The position numbers and the translations under genes are program-made. Shown here one piece after another: positions 41,913-56,482 of a stretch of 64,000 bases of DNA. The stretch comes from Eledone cirrhosa (lineage: Eukaryota). Location of the stretch: contig OZ024746.1 in the NCBI GenBank assembly GCA_964016885.1, positions 20,522,001 through 20,586,000 on the forward strand, given 5' to 3'. The stretch's first letter is position 1. Each line of letters starts with the position of its first letter. The notes beneath the pieces were generated by a model. It was given only the letters and a program-made list of their open reading frames with translations, was not told the DNA's origin and ran no database searches.

Positions 41913-44269
41913 AGATGTTTGAGTGATTTTGTCTCGTCCGTTTTCTTCCTTTACTCCTTTCTTCCTATCACTTCTGCGGGCCAACACACTTCTAGCTGCT
42001 GATTTCTGTTCTTTTGAGGTTAATTTTACCCGACGGTGTCATTGACGGCATTTTGCTGTTTTAAAAGTTTTCTTGCGTTGAGTTCTCATGATTCTATGAA
42101 TTCTAATACATTTGCGCTCCAACTCGATCTTCGAGAAAACTTTGTTTATATATAGTTAATAGAGGAAACAAAACAAACACAGGGATGAATGAAAAAATAC
42201 AAAGTTATATATATCCAAAGTAGGAGGGCGCACAGGATAAAGACATCGGAAAAACGGACCCTCCCTTCTCATCTGCAAATCACTCTGCGAATTACACACA
42301 TTAAGACAAGAAAAAAAGAGAGAAAAAAGCTACAAATCAAAGTACATCAATTGAACAGGAAGAAAGATATAGATACAGTGGAGAGAGAAAGGAGAGAAAT
42401 ATATAAAATATAAAAGAATTAAAATGCCGCCCCTAGTTTTACAAGGACTTTATAAATTTATTAAAAATTATTTCATTGTTTTCTCAGAAACTCGACATAA
42501 TTTTGCTTATATCAATTGTATTGTATTACTGTATTGGTAATACTAATAGTGAAACAAACTAAATCATCTTCCATTCGGCCTTCCATTGGTAATACGGGCT
42601 TATTGGATGCAGGGAATATTTCTTATGTTTTTTTGGGGGTGGGGTGCGTCTAATAGGCCGGCAAAAACAGCAATGTATAAAATCATTTATATGAAATATT
42701 TTGTGTAATCCAGCGATATATGGGTGAAAAACTGTTTGGCTGGACCAGAGCAACCCATGACTTCCAGGGGAAAGAAGAGCTGGGACTATTGGTTAGTGCA
42801 GGGCTTAAGATTTAATATGAGTGATGAGAGGAGAGACGAGTGAGTCGGATTGCCTGAGTAGAGGTGGCACAGGAACAGTCAACTATTCCTGTCAACTCAG
42901 TCAACTCCTACCTTCCTCGTCAACTATTCTTGTCAACTCTCACCTTCCTCTAAAATAATCTCCCTTTTCACTTATCTCTCACGTAAAACGTTGGAGTCCA
43001 TTAAATTGACGACGTTCCTCTCCTCATTTTATCTTACAAAAAAAAATTACATGAGAATTTCTATCTTAGAAAAAATATTACATGAGAATTTTTAAGATAA
43101 GTAGAAGAAATGAAATAATGCGAGAGAAAGAAAATTTGATTTTACAAATCTGTTTATGTAAATACAAAACACTATTAAAGGGAACAAGAAAAACAGAATT
43201 AAGCAAGAAAAGAAAGGGAGAGAGGGAAGAACAAATACTACACCTCAGTCTGAGCGGAGTCTAAACGTGCCCCTCGGACAAAATGGCAAAGGCATTACCG
43301 TGGAGAATGACGAGAAATACCCGCTGCAATAGCTACCCCCACTTCACAGGGCTCTCTCTTCAAGCGAGCCGCTGTCTTTCCGCTGTCTTGACGGAGGAAA
43401 TCAGCAATGCGGGGACAAAGGACATCAGAGGTCTCTACGGAAACTGGGCAAAAGAGGAAGCGGTCGGTCTGGCTCTGGTATTTAACTATCATCCTCTTCT
43501 CTGCATTAGTGCAGCGGAGTCCGGGTTTGTGGCAGAAGCGACAAGGTTGGAGGCGGAGAACAAGTCGCAGCACGTCATTATTTTTTAATATAATGTATTT
43601 GTTGTTATCCCCACAAACTAAACAAAAATACATCATTGATTCGAAGTAGAACATATAAGAGAATTAATAACTGGTGGAAGTTTAAGGCAGAGTTAATGAT
43701 GTGTTCTACAAGTAAAATATGTTAGCATGTGTGTTTCTTAAAACGTCTGACAACATATAATTGAGTTATAAAATTCAGTAGGAAACATTGTAATTGTTTA
43801 AATCACTCCGAGCAATTATTTTTGTAAAAAACAAAACAAAAGGCAACAAAATGGCAACAACGAACAGACGAACTAACATTCAGATTAGTTTGTTTCTTTA
43901 GAAAGTAGAAGTATATTTTTAACTGATTCAAATTAGCTTTGTTTAACATACAGTAACAGGTGTTGTTAATCTCCAGTCTATACTCCGATTCAGTAGAAGT
44001 GATGATCAAATGCGTTTCAGACATGGCCATCCCGTTTTTTTTTGTATTACTGGATCTCGGAATACACTATTCACTGCGTCATTCCTTAAAAAATTGGGAT
44101 TTGAGGAGACTTGGTTGCTATTTCTAGCATGTCAAGCGACTATGGAGAGGCACTCTCGTGAGAGCGGGGGGTCGATCAGTTACAGTTAGCTCAGTTGGTA
44201 AGTTGTTGATATATCACCCGATAGATTTAATAGTTCGAATCATGTAGTTTGTTTCTTACAATCATTTGC

Positions 44270-44545
44270 CATTCGTGTTGGGTTTCTGCTCTCTGAGTTC
44301 AAATCTCGCCGAGGTCAACTTTGCCTTTCATCCTTTTGAAGCCGATAAAAAAAAAAAAAAAATACCCGTCTAGTACTGAGGTAAATATTTTTGTACATTT
44401 TTCATATCCTCCCTCTCTCACTTTCTATCCTTCTCTAGTAGTCTGCTGTTTTTATGCCTTGAGAGGGGATGTGCTTCGCCAGGTTTAAAATATCCAAGAA
44501 ACGCCGTACGTCACTACGACTTCATCAGGAGTTACAAGACCATTC
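44270..44545 (+). mobile_element. Long-tail SINE, partial
   Basis: gagttcaaatctcgccgaggtcaactttgcctttcatcc...ctagtactg...caggagttacaagaccatt. Confidence 0.75.
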
Positions 44546-45794
44546 TATTCCCTATAGAATACAAAGCGGCACTACTGATAAGGATACACAACTGGCATGC
44601 CATCGATTTTGTTAGTTGCGACTCTGCAGATGCCCCCCCCCCCCCAAAAAAAAAAATGAAACACAAACGTGTAAATTCTTTTGTACTAGTGACTGGCGCC
44701 TTTGATCGGTTTCGAATATGTTCTAAAAAGGTTTTAAGAAATATATAGGAAATAATTCGAAATCTTTTTCAGAATTACCAAGATAAAGGAATTATTATCA
44801 GAAACCACTCCATACAGAATTATAGAAATCTAATTTCCAAACGTAATAGAATGAAAAACAAATGTAGTTCAGTAAGTATATTCTGAAAGGGATGGATAAA
44901 AAACAAATAAATAGAAGACGAAACGAAACTTGTATCTGTTGCTACGTAATAAAGTAAGTGACAGTAAGCCAATTAGAAAACACGCATCTCTGACACGAGT
45001 TCATGTAGAACGATATGTGATTGTATTTTAATTTATTAAACTAATACAAATTATATTCCAATGAATTCTTCTATTATTCTAATCTCCTCTTAGGTTTATC
45101 ACGAAATCATGAAAATTATAAGCGTCATTGTTCTCTAAATGAATTTCTTACAACATCTTTTCCATAACTTATTTCGTTTCAACCGTGTTTTATTGTGCTT
45201 GTCTCACAAACAATCATTGAATTTTTATTTCGGTATTCATTCTGAATGTATGGTGTAACGAATCAATACAGCTGGCATTTTTATATTCTATTTCACCAAC
45301 CGGCAGTGGAACATTCTAATTTGAAGAATAAAGAAACCATATTATAATGTAAATGTATAATACAAATTGAATTGGACTATTTTCATGGCACTAACTAAGA
45401 GATAGAAATATTAATAGACGTGGAATTCTATAAGATTACTCTACTTCAGTCTACCAGTTTTTCTGAACAATTGGGAAAATATATAAAATACAATTGTTTC
45501 TACTGGATATGCAGAGATTTTCTGTTACAAGGAGAAAGTCCAGTTTGTATTTTCAACTCTCAAGTTAACTTCGCCCGCCAAAAGTCGTCTTTTTAAGATG
45601 CATGTCTTAATATCACGATTTCTTTTTTAAGTTGTTGCAGTATCTCTAATAACCAAAAGAGAGATTTCAGTGCAGTATACCTTTTACTACAGTATCTCTG
45701 ATAACCAAACAGACATTTTCTGTGCAGTTTACATTTTACTACACCATCTTCAGATGAAATATCAGAAACAGATTTCTTCAGTAACACTATGCAC

Positions 45795-46124
45795 GGTCCT
45801 GTAACCCCCGAGGGAGTTTCAGGGACAACGTATTGACATACGGTGTTTTGGGGGCATTTTAAAACCAAGCGGAGCCAATCTCCTCTCCATGTCTGAACAC
45901 AGCAGATTTCTTCCAGAGAAGGATAGAGAGTGAGAGAACGGAAGTGAGAAAAAGATATAGAAGAAGAATCGACTCCAGTTCTAGACTGGTACTTTTTTTA
46001 TCGACCTTAAAAGGATGAAAGGCAAAGTTGATCTTGGCAGGATACAACTCAGAGAGAAGAGAGACGGAAGAAATACCGCTGAGCATGTTACCCGATTTTC
46101 TAACGGCTCTGCTAATTCGCCGCC
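45795..46124 (-). mobile_element. Long-tail SINE
   Basis: Reverse complement of the 46518-46857 type. Confidence 0.8.
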
Positions 46125-46517
46125 TTATAGTAATACTATAACACACTGGTAATGTTGAAACGAGCTAACAGAGATTATAATCCAACGCTACATTCCCTGG
46201 ATAGTAGCGAATCTTTGAGCTAACAAAAAACAATTCTAACAAGATTACACAAGAAATTATAGTTGACAGGTATGTAGAGCGATGAGCAGGCAATCACCGA
46301 ACAGAGACTGCAGCTAGATTTTGTTTTTGATTAATGCGTGTTTACTTCTGTTACGTAGCTAATACACTTAGGAAAAGTAGGTATGTTACATAACTTTACG
46401 GAATAAGACTTCTACATTTTATGAAAAGGAAAATGACACTGAAATGTATAGTTCGCAAATTCAATAGGATGCCAGACTATTGTTAGAAGATTGGCGTTCG
46501 CATAGTCAACAGCAAAA

Positions 46518-46857
46518 GGCGGAAAATTGGCGGCAGAGTTGTTAGAACATCGTATAGAATGCTTTGTGGTATTCATTTGGGTTCTCTGCTCTCTCAGTTC
46601 AAATCCAGTCAGGATCAACTTTGCCTTTCATCCTTTCGAGGTCGTTAAAATAAGTACCAGTCAAGTACTGGAGTAGTTTCTTCCTCTATATCTCTTTCTC
46701 ACTTCCATTCTCTCCCTCTCTCTATTCTTCTCTGGAAGAAATCTGCTGTATTCAAACCTGGGGAGGAGATGGGCTCCGCTAGGTTTAAAAATGCTCCAGA
46801 AACGCCGTATGTCAACACAGCGCCCCTACGACTCCCTCAGGAGTTACGGGACCATTC
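46518..46857 (+). mobile_element. Long-tail SINE
   Basis: ggcggaaaattggcgg...gttcaaatcc...gcctttcatcctttcgaggtcg..aaaataagtaccag...ggagttacgggaccatt. Confidence 0.82.
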
Positions 46858-47251
46858 AAGCATATTCACCATTACTTAGACGGATCCAATACCAAAACTC
46901 TTTACTTTCTGCAGTCTACTAAACCATGAAGTCAATAAGCAGCATAAACTGGAGCACTCCGTAGTTGGGAAGTACTGCATGAATGAAAAGTGAGTCGCTA
47001 ACTTGTGGTGCTGTGTTCATCTTCACACGAGAGATTAGATTAAATTATGTTGTTGATATTCATCTCTTTGATGGAGCATATCCAGAGTCAAACGCATTCC
47101 AGCGGTGACCAACCAACCGTGTCTTAGTACGTGTTCACATGTTCTTCTTTAAGTCGGTATGACGTAATTTAAGGCAGATATAGCTGCTATATTTAGCAGG
47201 TCGAATGATAACATATAAGTTCACTAACAAAAGGTAGAATCTCATGATATA

Positions 47252-47448
47252 CGAGAGTCAGCTGAAATGTTTATAGGCTGACTATGAAGGAGTGATGTTA
47301 GAGCTGTGAAATCTTGCATGCATTAATTTCAACTCTTCCTATTAATAACTGCATTGTTTCTTTCTAGGGATTACGTTGAAAAATAAATCTCATATGGTCA
47401 TTCCATGAGAATATCTTGGTCAGCCTATGAACTTCTCAGCAAACCTTC

Positions 47449-47449
<1 letters not shown>
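47252..47449. mobile_element. Tc1/mariner-type MITE copy
   Basis: Homologous to 6281-6475; TA flanks. Confidence 0.85.
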
Positions 47450-47532
<83 letters not shown>

Positions 47533-47546
47533 GTATATATATATGT

Positions 47547-47578
<32 letters not shown>

Positions 47579-47585
47579 GTACATA

Positions 47586-47783
47586 CGAGGGGGGTCGGCA
47601 GAAAAGTTCTAAGGTTGACTATGAAGGTTTGATGCAAGAGTTGTGAAATCTTGCATGCATTAATTTCAACTCTTATTAATAACTGCATTGTTTCTTTTTA
47701 GAGACTATGTTGATAAATATATCTCATTTGGGAAATCCATGAGAGTGTCTTGGTCAGCTTATGAACATTTTAGCCGAGTCTCG
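47586..47783. mobile_element. Tc1/mariner-type MITE copy
   Basis: Homologous to 6281-6475; TA flanks. Confidence 0.85.
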
Positions 47784-48373
47784 TATTTTCTTCCACTTTC
47801 ATTCTACACATTTAGCAAATAACTCGACACATCTCCTTAGTTAACTCTCTATAATCTACATAAATCTTTCTTAAATATTAATTCCGTTTTCGTTAGAATT
47901 ATATCTCTTTTTTATACCTTTCTTTGTTGTAATTCTTCAACACTTCACAAAACTATTTTTAATACAATAAAAACCAAAACCAAATACACACACATATACA
48001 TATAGTAAAATGCTTTAGATATATTTTTGAAGCACACAAAACCACCACCACTACCACCATCATCACCACCACCACCACCACCACCACGGCAACAACGTGA
48101 TTATAATTCAAAGCACACAATTCTCAAACAAGTCTTCTTACTCGTTGTAATAAAATAAATAATAATTATGGAAGTTTTTATTAAAATATATTTTTCAAAT
48201 ATTGTATTTGCATTCATTGTATTAAGCTATAGCTTAGACTTCGACTGCTTGACAACATCCACCAATCATCGTTCACGAAATGTTAAACATACGTAGTATA
48301 CTTATACTGCATACTCGGCCATCTTTCAGCCTCCTTCTTTTCACAACTAACTTTTTTCTATCCTCTTCCTCAC

Positions 48374-48478
48374 CGTCGTCGTCGTCACCACCACCACCAC
48401 CACCACCACCACCACCACCACCACCACCAACAACAACATCCTCACCACCACCACCACCACCGCCACCACCATAATCAC

Positions 48479-48523
<45 letters not shown>

Positions 48524-48626
48524 AATCACCACCATCATTATCACCGTCACCGTTGTTGTCGTTAATCATCATTAACATGATCCTCATCATCATCATCATC
48601 ATCGTCGTCGTCATTATCACCATCAT
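48374..48626. repeat. Compound trinucleotide repeats (CAC)n/(CAT)n
   Basis: Direct reading. Confidence 0.9.
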
Positions 48627-48842
48627 TCATAATTTCCTTAAGGTCCCCCGCTACCCATCCACCTCCCCCCCACCTTCTCTTCTCGTCCTTCTTCTCTTTC
48701 ACTTACCATTCCTATTTTTGGTTGAATGGAGAAGGAATTATAATTATTAAAAATATACAGAATTGTTATATGGCCGCTGTCTACCGACTCTGCTGACGAC
48801 ACAAGACTAATAACAGTAATTATAATGATATCAAGACGAAGA

Positions 48843-48903
<61 letters not shown>

Positions 48904-49062
48904 GTGATATGATGAAGATGATGATTATGATAATGATGGACCCATATAAAATCCAATAGCTTTGTTATAAAACACAAACGAAAAGCTTTTTTTAAGGTCT
49001 ACGAGATTGGTGGAGAGAAGGTGGAAAGAACTAGAGATGTGGTCCTAATACTTGTAACAGCG

Positions 49063-52000
49063 TGTACTCCACTAAAGTTAGTCAATAACCCAGTGGTGTA
49101 CTCCACTAAAGTTAGTCAATAACCCAGTGGTGTACTCCACTAAAGTTAGTCAATAACCCAGTGGTGTACTCCACTAAAGTTAGTCAATAACCCAGTGGTG
49201 TACTCCACTAAAGTTAGTCAATAACCCAGTGGTGTACTCCACTAAAGTTAGTCAATAACCCAGTAATGTACTCCACTAAAGTTAGTCAATAACCCAGTGG
49301 TGTACTCCACTAAAGTTAGTCAATAACCCAGTGGTGTACTCCACTAAAGTTAGTCAATAACCCAGTGGTGTACTCCACTAAAGTTAGTCAATAACCCAGT
49401 GGTGTACTCCACTAAAGTTAGTCAATAACCCAGTGGTGTACTCCACTAAAGTTAGTCAATAACCCAGTAATGTACTCCACTAAAGTTAGTCAATAACCCA
49501 GTAATGTACTCCACTAAAGTTAGTCAATAACCCAGTGGTGTACTCCACTAAAGTTAGTCAATAACCCAGTGGTGTACTCCACTAAAGTTAGTCAATAACC
49601 CAGTGGTGTACTCCACTAAAGTTAGTCAATAACCCAGTGGTGTACTCCACTAAAGTTAGTCAATAACCCAGTAATGTACTCCACTAAAGTTAGTCAATAA
49701 CCCAGTAATGTACTCCACTAAAGTTAGTCAATAACCCAGTAATGTACTCCACTAAAGTTAGTCAATAACCCAGTAATGTACTCCACTAAAGTTAGTCAAT
49801 AACCCAGTAATGTACTCCACTAAAGCTAGTCAATAACCCAGTAATGTACTCCACTAAAGTTAGTCAATAACCCAGTAATGTACTCCACTAAAGTTAGTCA
49901 ATAACCCAGTAATGTACTCCACTAAAGTTAGTCAATAACCCAGTAATGTACTCCACTAAAGCTAGTCAATAACCCAGTGGTGTACTCCACTAAAGTTAGT
50001 CAATAACCCAGTAATGTACTCCACTAAAGTTAGTCAATAACCCAGTGGTGTACTCCACTAAAGTTAGTCAATAACCCAGTAATGTACTCCACTAAAGCTA
50101 GTCAATAACCCAGTAATGTACTCCACTAAAGTTAGTCAATAACCCAGTAATGTACTCCACTAAAGTTAGTCAATAACCCAGTGGTGTACTCCACTAAAGT
50201 TAGTCAATAACCCAGTAATGTACTCCACTAAAGCTAGTCAATAACCCAGTAATGTACTCCACTAAAGTTAGTCAATAACCCAGTAATGTACTCCACTAAA
50301 GTTAGTCAATAACCCAGTAATGTACTCCACTAAAGTTAGTCAATAACCCAGTGGTGTACTCCACTAAAGTTAGTCAATAACCCAGTGGTGTACTCCACTA
50401 AAGTTAGTCAATAACCCAGTAATGTACTCCACTAAAGTTAGTCAATAACCCAGTGGTGTACTTCACTAAAGTTAGTCAATAACCCAGTAATGTACTCCAC
50501 TAAAGTTAGTCAATAACCCAGTAATGTACTCCACTAAAGTTAGTCAATAACCCAGTGGTGTACTCCACTAAAGCTAGTCAATAACCCAGTAATGTACTCC
50601 ACTAAAGTTAGTCAATAACCCAGTAATGTACTCCACTAAAGTTAGTCAATAACCCAGTGGTGTACTTCACTAAAGTTAGTAAATAACCCAGTAATGTACT
50701 CCACTAAAGCTAGTCAATAACCCAGTGGTGTACTCCACTAAAGTTAGTCAATAACCCAGTAATGTACTTCACTAAAGTTAGTCAATAACCCAGTAATGTA
50801 CTCCACTAAAGTTAGTCAATAACCCAGTGGTGTACTCCACTAAAGCTAGTCAATAACCCAGTAATGTACTCCACTAAAGCTAGTCAATAACCCAGTGGTG
50901 TACTCCACTAAAGCTAGTCAATAACCCAGTAATGTACTCCACTAAAGTTAGTCAATAACCCAGTGGTGTACTCCACTAAAGCTAGTCAATAACCCAGTAA
51001 TGTAGTCCACTAAAGTTAGTCAATAACCCAGTGGTGTACTCCACTAAAGTTAGTCAATAACCCAGTAATGTACTCCACTAAAGCTAGTCAATAACCCAGT
51101 AATGTACTCCACTAAAGTTAGTCAATAACCCAGTAATGTACTCCACTAAAGTTAGTCAATAACCCAGTGGTGTACTCCACTAAAGCTAGTCAATAACCCA
51201 GTAATGTACTCCACTAAAGCTAGTCAATAACCCAGTGGTGTACTCCACTAAAGCTAGTCAATAACCCAGTGGTGTACTCCACTAAAGTTAGTCAATAACC
51301 CAGTGGTGTACTCCACTAAAGTTAGTCAATAACCCAGTAATGTACTCCACTAAAGCTAGTCAATAACCCAGTAATGTACTCCACTAAAGCTAGTCAATAA
51401 CCCAGTGGTGTACTCCACTAAAGTTAGTCAATAACCCAGTGGTGTACTCCACTAAAGCTAGTCAATAACCCAGTAATGTACTCCACTAAAGCTAGTCAAT
51501 AACCCAGTAATGTACTCCACTAAAGTTAGTCAATAACCCAGTGGTGTATTCCACTAAAGTTAGTCAATAACCCAGTAATGTACTCCACTAAAGCTAGTCA
51601 ATAACCCAGTAATGTACTCCACTAAAGCTAGTCAATAACCCAGTAATGTACTCCACTAAAGTTAGTCAATAACCCAGTAATGTACTCCACTAAAGTTAGT
51701 CAATAACCCAGTAATGTACTCCACTAAAGCTAGTCAATAACCCAGTGGTGTACTCCACTAAAGTTAGTCAATAACCCAGTAATGTACTCCACTAAAGCTA
51801 GTCAATAACCCAGTGGTGTACTCCACTAAAGTTAGTCAATAACCCAGTGGTGTACTCCACTAAAGTTAGTCAATACCCAGTGGTGTACTCCACTAAAGCT
51901 AGTCAATAACCCAGTAATGTACTCCACTAAAGTTAGTCAATAACCCAGTGGTGTACTCCACTAAAGCTAGTCAATAACCCAGTAATGTACTCCACTAAAG

Positions 52001-54090
52001 TTAGTCAATAACCCAGTGGTGTACTCCACTAAAGTTAGTCAATAACCCAGTAATGTACTCCACTAAAGCTAGTCAATAACCCAGTAATGTACTCCACTAA
52101 AGTTAGTCAATAACCCAGTAATGTACTCCACTAAAGTTAGTCAATAACCCAGTGGTGTACTCCACTAAAGCTAGTCAATAACCCAGTAATGTACTCCACT
52201 AAAGCTAGTCAATAACCCAGTGGTGTACTCCACTAAAGCTAGTCAATAACCCAGTGGTGTACTCCACTAAAGTTAGTCAATAACCCAGTGGTGTACTCCA
52301 CTAAAGTTAGTCAATAACCCAGTAATGTACTCCACTAAAGCTAGTCAATAACCCAGTAATGTACTCCACTAAAGCTAGTCAATAACCCAGTGGTGTACTC
52401 CACTAAAGTTAGTCAATAACCCAGTGGTGTACTCCACTAAAGCTAGTCAATAACCCAGTAATGTACTCCACTAAAGCTAGTCAATAACCCAGTAATGTAC
52501 TCCACTAAAGTTAGTCAATAACCCAGTGGTGTACTCCACTAAAGTTAGTCAATAACCCAGTAATGTACTCCACTAAAGCTAGTCAATAACCCAGTAATGT
52601 ACTCCACTAAAGCTAGTCAATAACCCAGTAATGTACTCCACTAAAGTTAGTCAATAACCCAGTGGTGTACTCCACTAAAGCTAGTCAATAACCCAGTAAT
52701 GTACTCCACTAAAGCTAGTCAATAACCCAGTAATGTACTCCACTAAAGTTAGTCAATAACCCAGTGGTGTACTCCACTAAAGTTAGTCAATAACCCAGTA
52801 ATGTACTCCACTAAAGCTAGTCAATAACCCAGTAATGTACTCCACTAAAGCTAGTCAATAACCCAGTAATGTACTCCACTAAAGTTAGTCAATAACCCAG
52901 TGGTGTACTCCACTAAAGTTAGTCAATAACCCAGTAATGTACTCCACTAAAGCTAGTCAATAACCCAGTGGTGTACTCCACTAAAGTTAGTCAATAACCC
53001 AGTAATGTACTCCACTAAAGCTAGTCAATAACCCAGTGGTGTACTCCACTAAAGTTAGTCAATAACCCAGTGGTGTACTCCACTAAAGTTAGTCAATACC
53101 CAGTGGTGTACTCCACTAAAGCTAGTCAATAACCCAGTAATGTACTCCACTAAAGTTAGTCAATAACCCAGTGGTGTACTCCACTAAAGCTAGTCAATAA
53201 CCCAGTAATGTACTCCACTAAAGTTAGTCAATAACCCAGTGGTGTACTCCACTAAAGTTAGTCAATAACCCAGTAATGTACTCCACTAAAGCTAGTCAAT
53301 AACCCAGTAATGTACTCCACTAAAGTTAGTCAATAACCCAGTAATGTACTCCACTAAAGTTAGTCAATAACCCAGTGGTGTACTCCACTAAAGCTAGTCA
53401 ATAACCCAGTAATGTACTCCACTAAAGCTAGTCAATAACCCAGTGGTGTACTCCACTAAAGCTAGTCAATAACCCAGTGGTGTACTCCACTAAAGTTAGT
53501 CAATAACCCAGTGGTGTACTCCACTAAAGTTAGTCAATAACCCAGTAATGTACTCCACTAAAGCTAGTCAATAACCCAGTAATGTACTCCACTAAAGCTA
53601 GTCAATAACCCAGTGGTGTACTCCACTAAAGTTAGTCAATAACCCAGTGGTGTACTCCACTAAAGCTAGTCAATAACCCAGTAATGTACTCCACTAAAGC
53701 TAGTCAATAACCCAGTAATGTACTCCACTAAAGTTAGTCAATAACCCAGTGGTGTACTCCACTAAAGTTAGTCAATAACCCAGTAATGTACTCCACTAAA
53801 GCTAGTCAATAACCCAGTAATGTACTCCACTAAAGCTAGTCAATAACCCAGTAATGTACTCCACTAAAGTTAGTCAATAACCCAGTGGTGTACTCCACTA
53901 AAGTTAGTCAATAACCCAGTAATGTACTCCACTAAAGCTAGTCAATAACCCAGTGGTGTACTCCACTAAAGTTAGTCAATAACCCAGTGGTGTACTCCAC
54001 TAAAGTTAGTCAATACCCAGTGGTGTACTCCACTAAAGTTAGTCAATAACCCAGTGGTGTACTCCACTAAAGTTAGTCAATAACCAAGTA
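49063..54090. repeat. 34-bp tandem satellite, roughly 148 units
   Basis: Unit GTACTCCACTAAAG[T/C]TAGTCAATAACCCAGT[GG/AA]T, head-to-tail with no spacers. Confidence 0.98.
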
Positions 54091-55454
54091 GTGGTGTTAA
54101 ATCAAGTGATGGATTAAGTCTACAGTTCAAGAATAGCTACAATCCACCAACCGAGATTCCTTACAATTTCCAACTGTCCAATTTTCCCCACAAGCCTATG
54201 ATAGAACCACCGGATTCAACTCAGAACCAAGTGATTGTTAAGTAAATCTCTCAACCATACAACTACGAATCTCTTCATGATCACTAAAAACGCAAACAAA
54301 ATAAAATACCCTGTAAAAGAAGTATATAAGACGATAATCGCTAATTCAGATTGTTAGATTTACAACAATGTTGGCAAAGAATCAAGTCTCTCACACATCA
54401 TATGTCCACTCATTTGAGATTGTTATCAAAACTTTTTTTTTGCCGAAAAAAAAAAGAAAAGAACCTTCTGTTAATAAATAATGTATTAGAAGTTGTTCAG
54501 AAAGATTGTAGGAATGGAGATGATTGTACAAAAGATCGATAATTCAGTTATGAGGAGTAGTATGGGTGACTAATATTGATAAAATTTCAGAAAAGTATCT
54601 GATATGGTCCCGCACACTCAGTTCATGAAAAAATTAGAATATTTATTGTCATGAATAGATGGGTTTCACAATTTCTAGTCACCTTTGACGCTGACCACAT
54701 GCATGACAAATAACCAAGTTTGTATTATAAAAGCTAAGTTTCCTGTTGTGAGCTAAAATATACAGAAGCTCTGAGCAGTCGCAAGCCCTTAAAAAGCACC
54801 TAGCATTAGTATACTTTTTATGTATCTGGTTTGGAAAGAGGTGAAGAGGACGTCCCAAGATGAACAATCGACCTGAATCTCGTCAACAAAAGTTGGAACG
54901 ATGTATTGATAGATGCAACATACTCTAGTCATTGGAGCACTTTGGCTGCATATGCGTCTTAAGTCACGGGAGATTCTAAATCTAAGTAATTTTGGCATTA
55001 CTGTTCTACATAAATCCACAAAGAAAAGCCACGAAGCTGATAGTCAAGTCATAACTTCTCAACATTTCACCAATAATAACCAACTACAAATTATCTCCAC
55101 TGCTTCTACTGCAACGGTTGCTGCTATTCGGAAATATTAAGGTATATTCTATCCACCACACATCCACTATCAGCTTACATGATTATCATTTCTTCATCCC
55201 TACTGCGTATCACTCATCGAAACTCTGTGCTGAAATGTATGGAATTCCCTTCCTGTTTTACATCAACCCAAAGACGTTCAAACTGAACACAAAGTGAATG
55301 ACAAGTCACGAAAGACCAACGAAGGCTAAATGTACTGCTTCTATTTCTTTGTTGAAAGAATAAAAAGTGGAGATGATTTCCCCCTCCATCTATTCCCTTG
55401 TTTAATTCGCAATTAGCATTACATTAAACCGAAATTAGGTATTAATTTTATAGA

Positions 55455-55643
55455 CTGAAAAGCTTATAGGCGGAAAAGTTCGTAGACAGACCAAGATACT
55501 CTCATGGAATGACAAAATGAGGTTTATTTTTCAACATAGTCCTTGCAAAGAAACAATGCAGAGTTGAAATTAATGTATGCAAGATTTCACAGCTCTAGCA
55601 TCAATCCGTCATAGTTAGCCTATGAACTTTTCAGCCAAGCTCA
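55455..55643. mobile_element. Diverged mariner MITE copy, opposite orientation
   Basis: ccaagatactctcatggaatgac...gcaagatttcacagctctagcatc...gcctatgaacttttcagcc. Confidence 0.75.
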
Positions 55644-56120
55644 TAGATGTTATCCAACTATCTTGCTCGGGGTCTACCCTTGGGATTCCTGCTGGTTGGT
55701 TTTGCCCGTAAAATCTGTCCTGTGATTCTTTCCTCAGACATTCTAACCACATGTGATCTCTCAATTCGGAGAAGTAGTGGTTCTACCTGGAGTGACACTC
55801 TGATCTCAGAGCTATGCACTCTATCGAGTAACGTTACTCCAATAAATTTCTAGTTAAATTTAATATGAAAGTAGATATTGTTAGCAGTTTGTAAATTTTC
55901 GCAATGTTTTATTATAAAATATTTTTCGTAATGTTTTCGTAATGTTTTATTATTTAAAACACATTTATCATTTAGTTAGTCTAAAATTGTATACTTGTAA
56001 TTGAAAAAAAACCAAAAACAAAAATGAATTTGATAAAAACCAAAAATATAACTTTTAATAATAAAACAGTTGATCTGGAAATATACACATACATGCACAC
56101 ATATATGCATGTATGTTTGC

Positions 56121-56153
<33 letters not shown>

Positions 56154-56482
56154 TGTATGTATGTATGTATGTATGTATGTATGTATGTATGTATGTATGT
56201 ATGTATGTGTGTATGTATGTATGTATGTGTGTATGTATGTATGAATGTGTGTATGTTCTGGTTTTATAATTTCACAAAGTTTTACCAATAGAGAGAGAGA
56301 GTCGGGTTCTAACATAGACACAAGACTCTCTCATTGGAATTTACACAACATCAACTAGGTAGATATGTATATATGCATGCATGTGTAGATATGGATGTTA
56401 TTGTATGTGTGGATGTGTATGTTTTGAGTTGTATGTGTGCATGTGTATATGCTTTGTAACTGTACATGTGTATATGCAGTTA

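Noticed and set aside
43283-43654. GC-richer patch with overlapping 80-119 aa ORFs
   Set aside because: No recognisable domain or splice pattern; cannot be assigned without a database search.
48273-48750. Poly-Gly/Asp/Pro/Met ORFs
   Set aside because: Trinucleotide repeats; no splice or domain evidence.
49063-54090. CRISPR-like regular repeats
   Set aside because: Units are contiguous with no unique spacers, there are no cas genes and the context is eukaryotic: a satellite.
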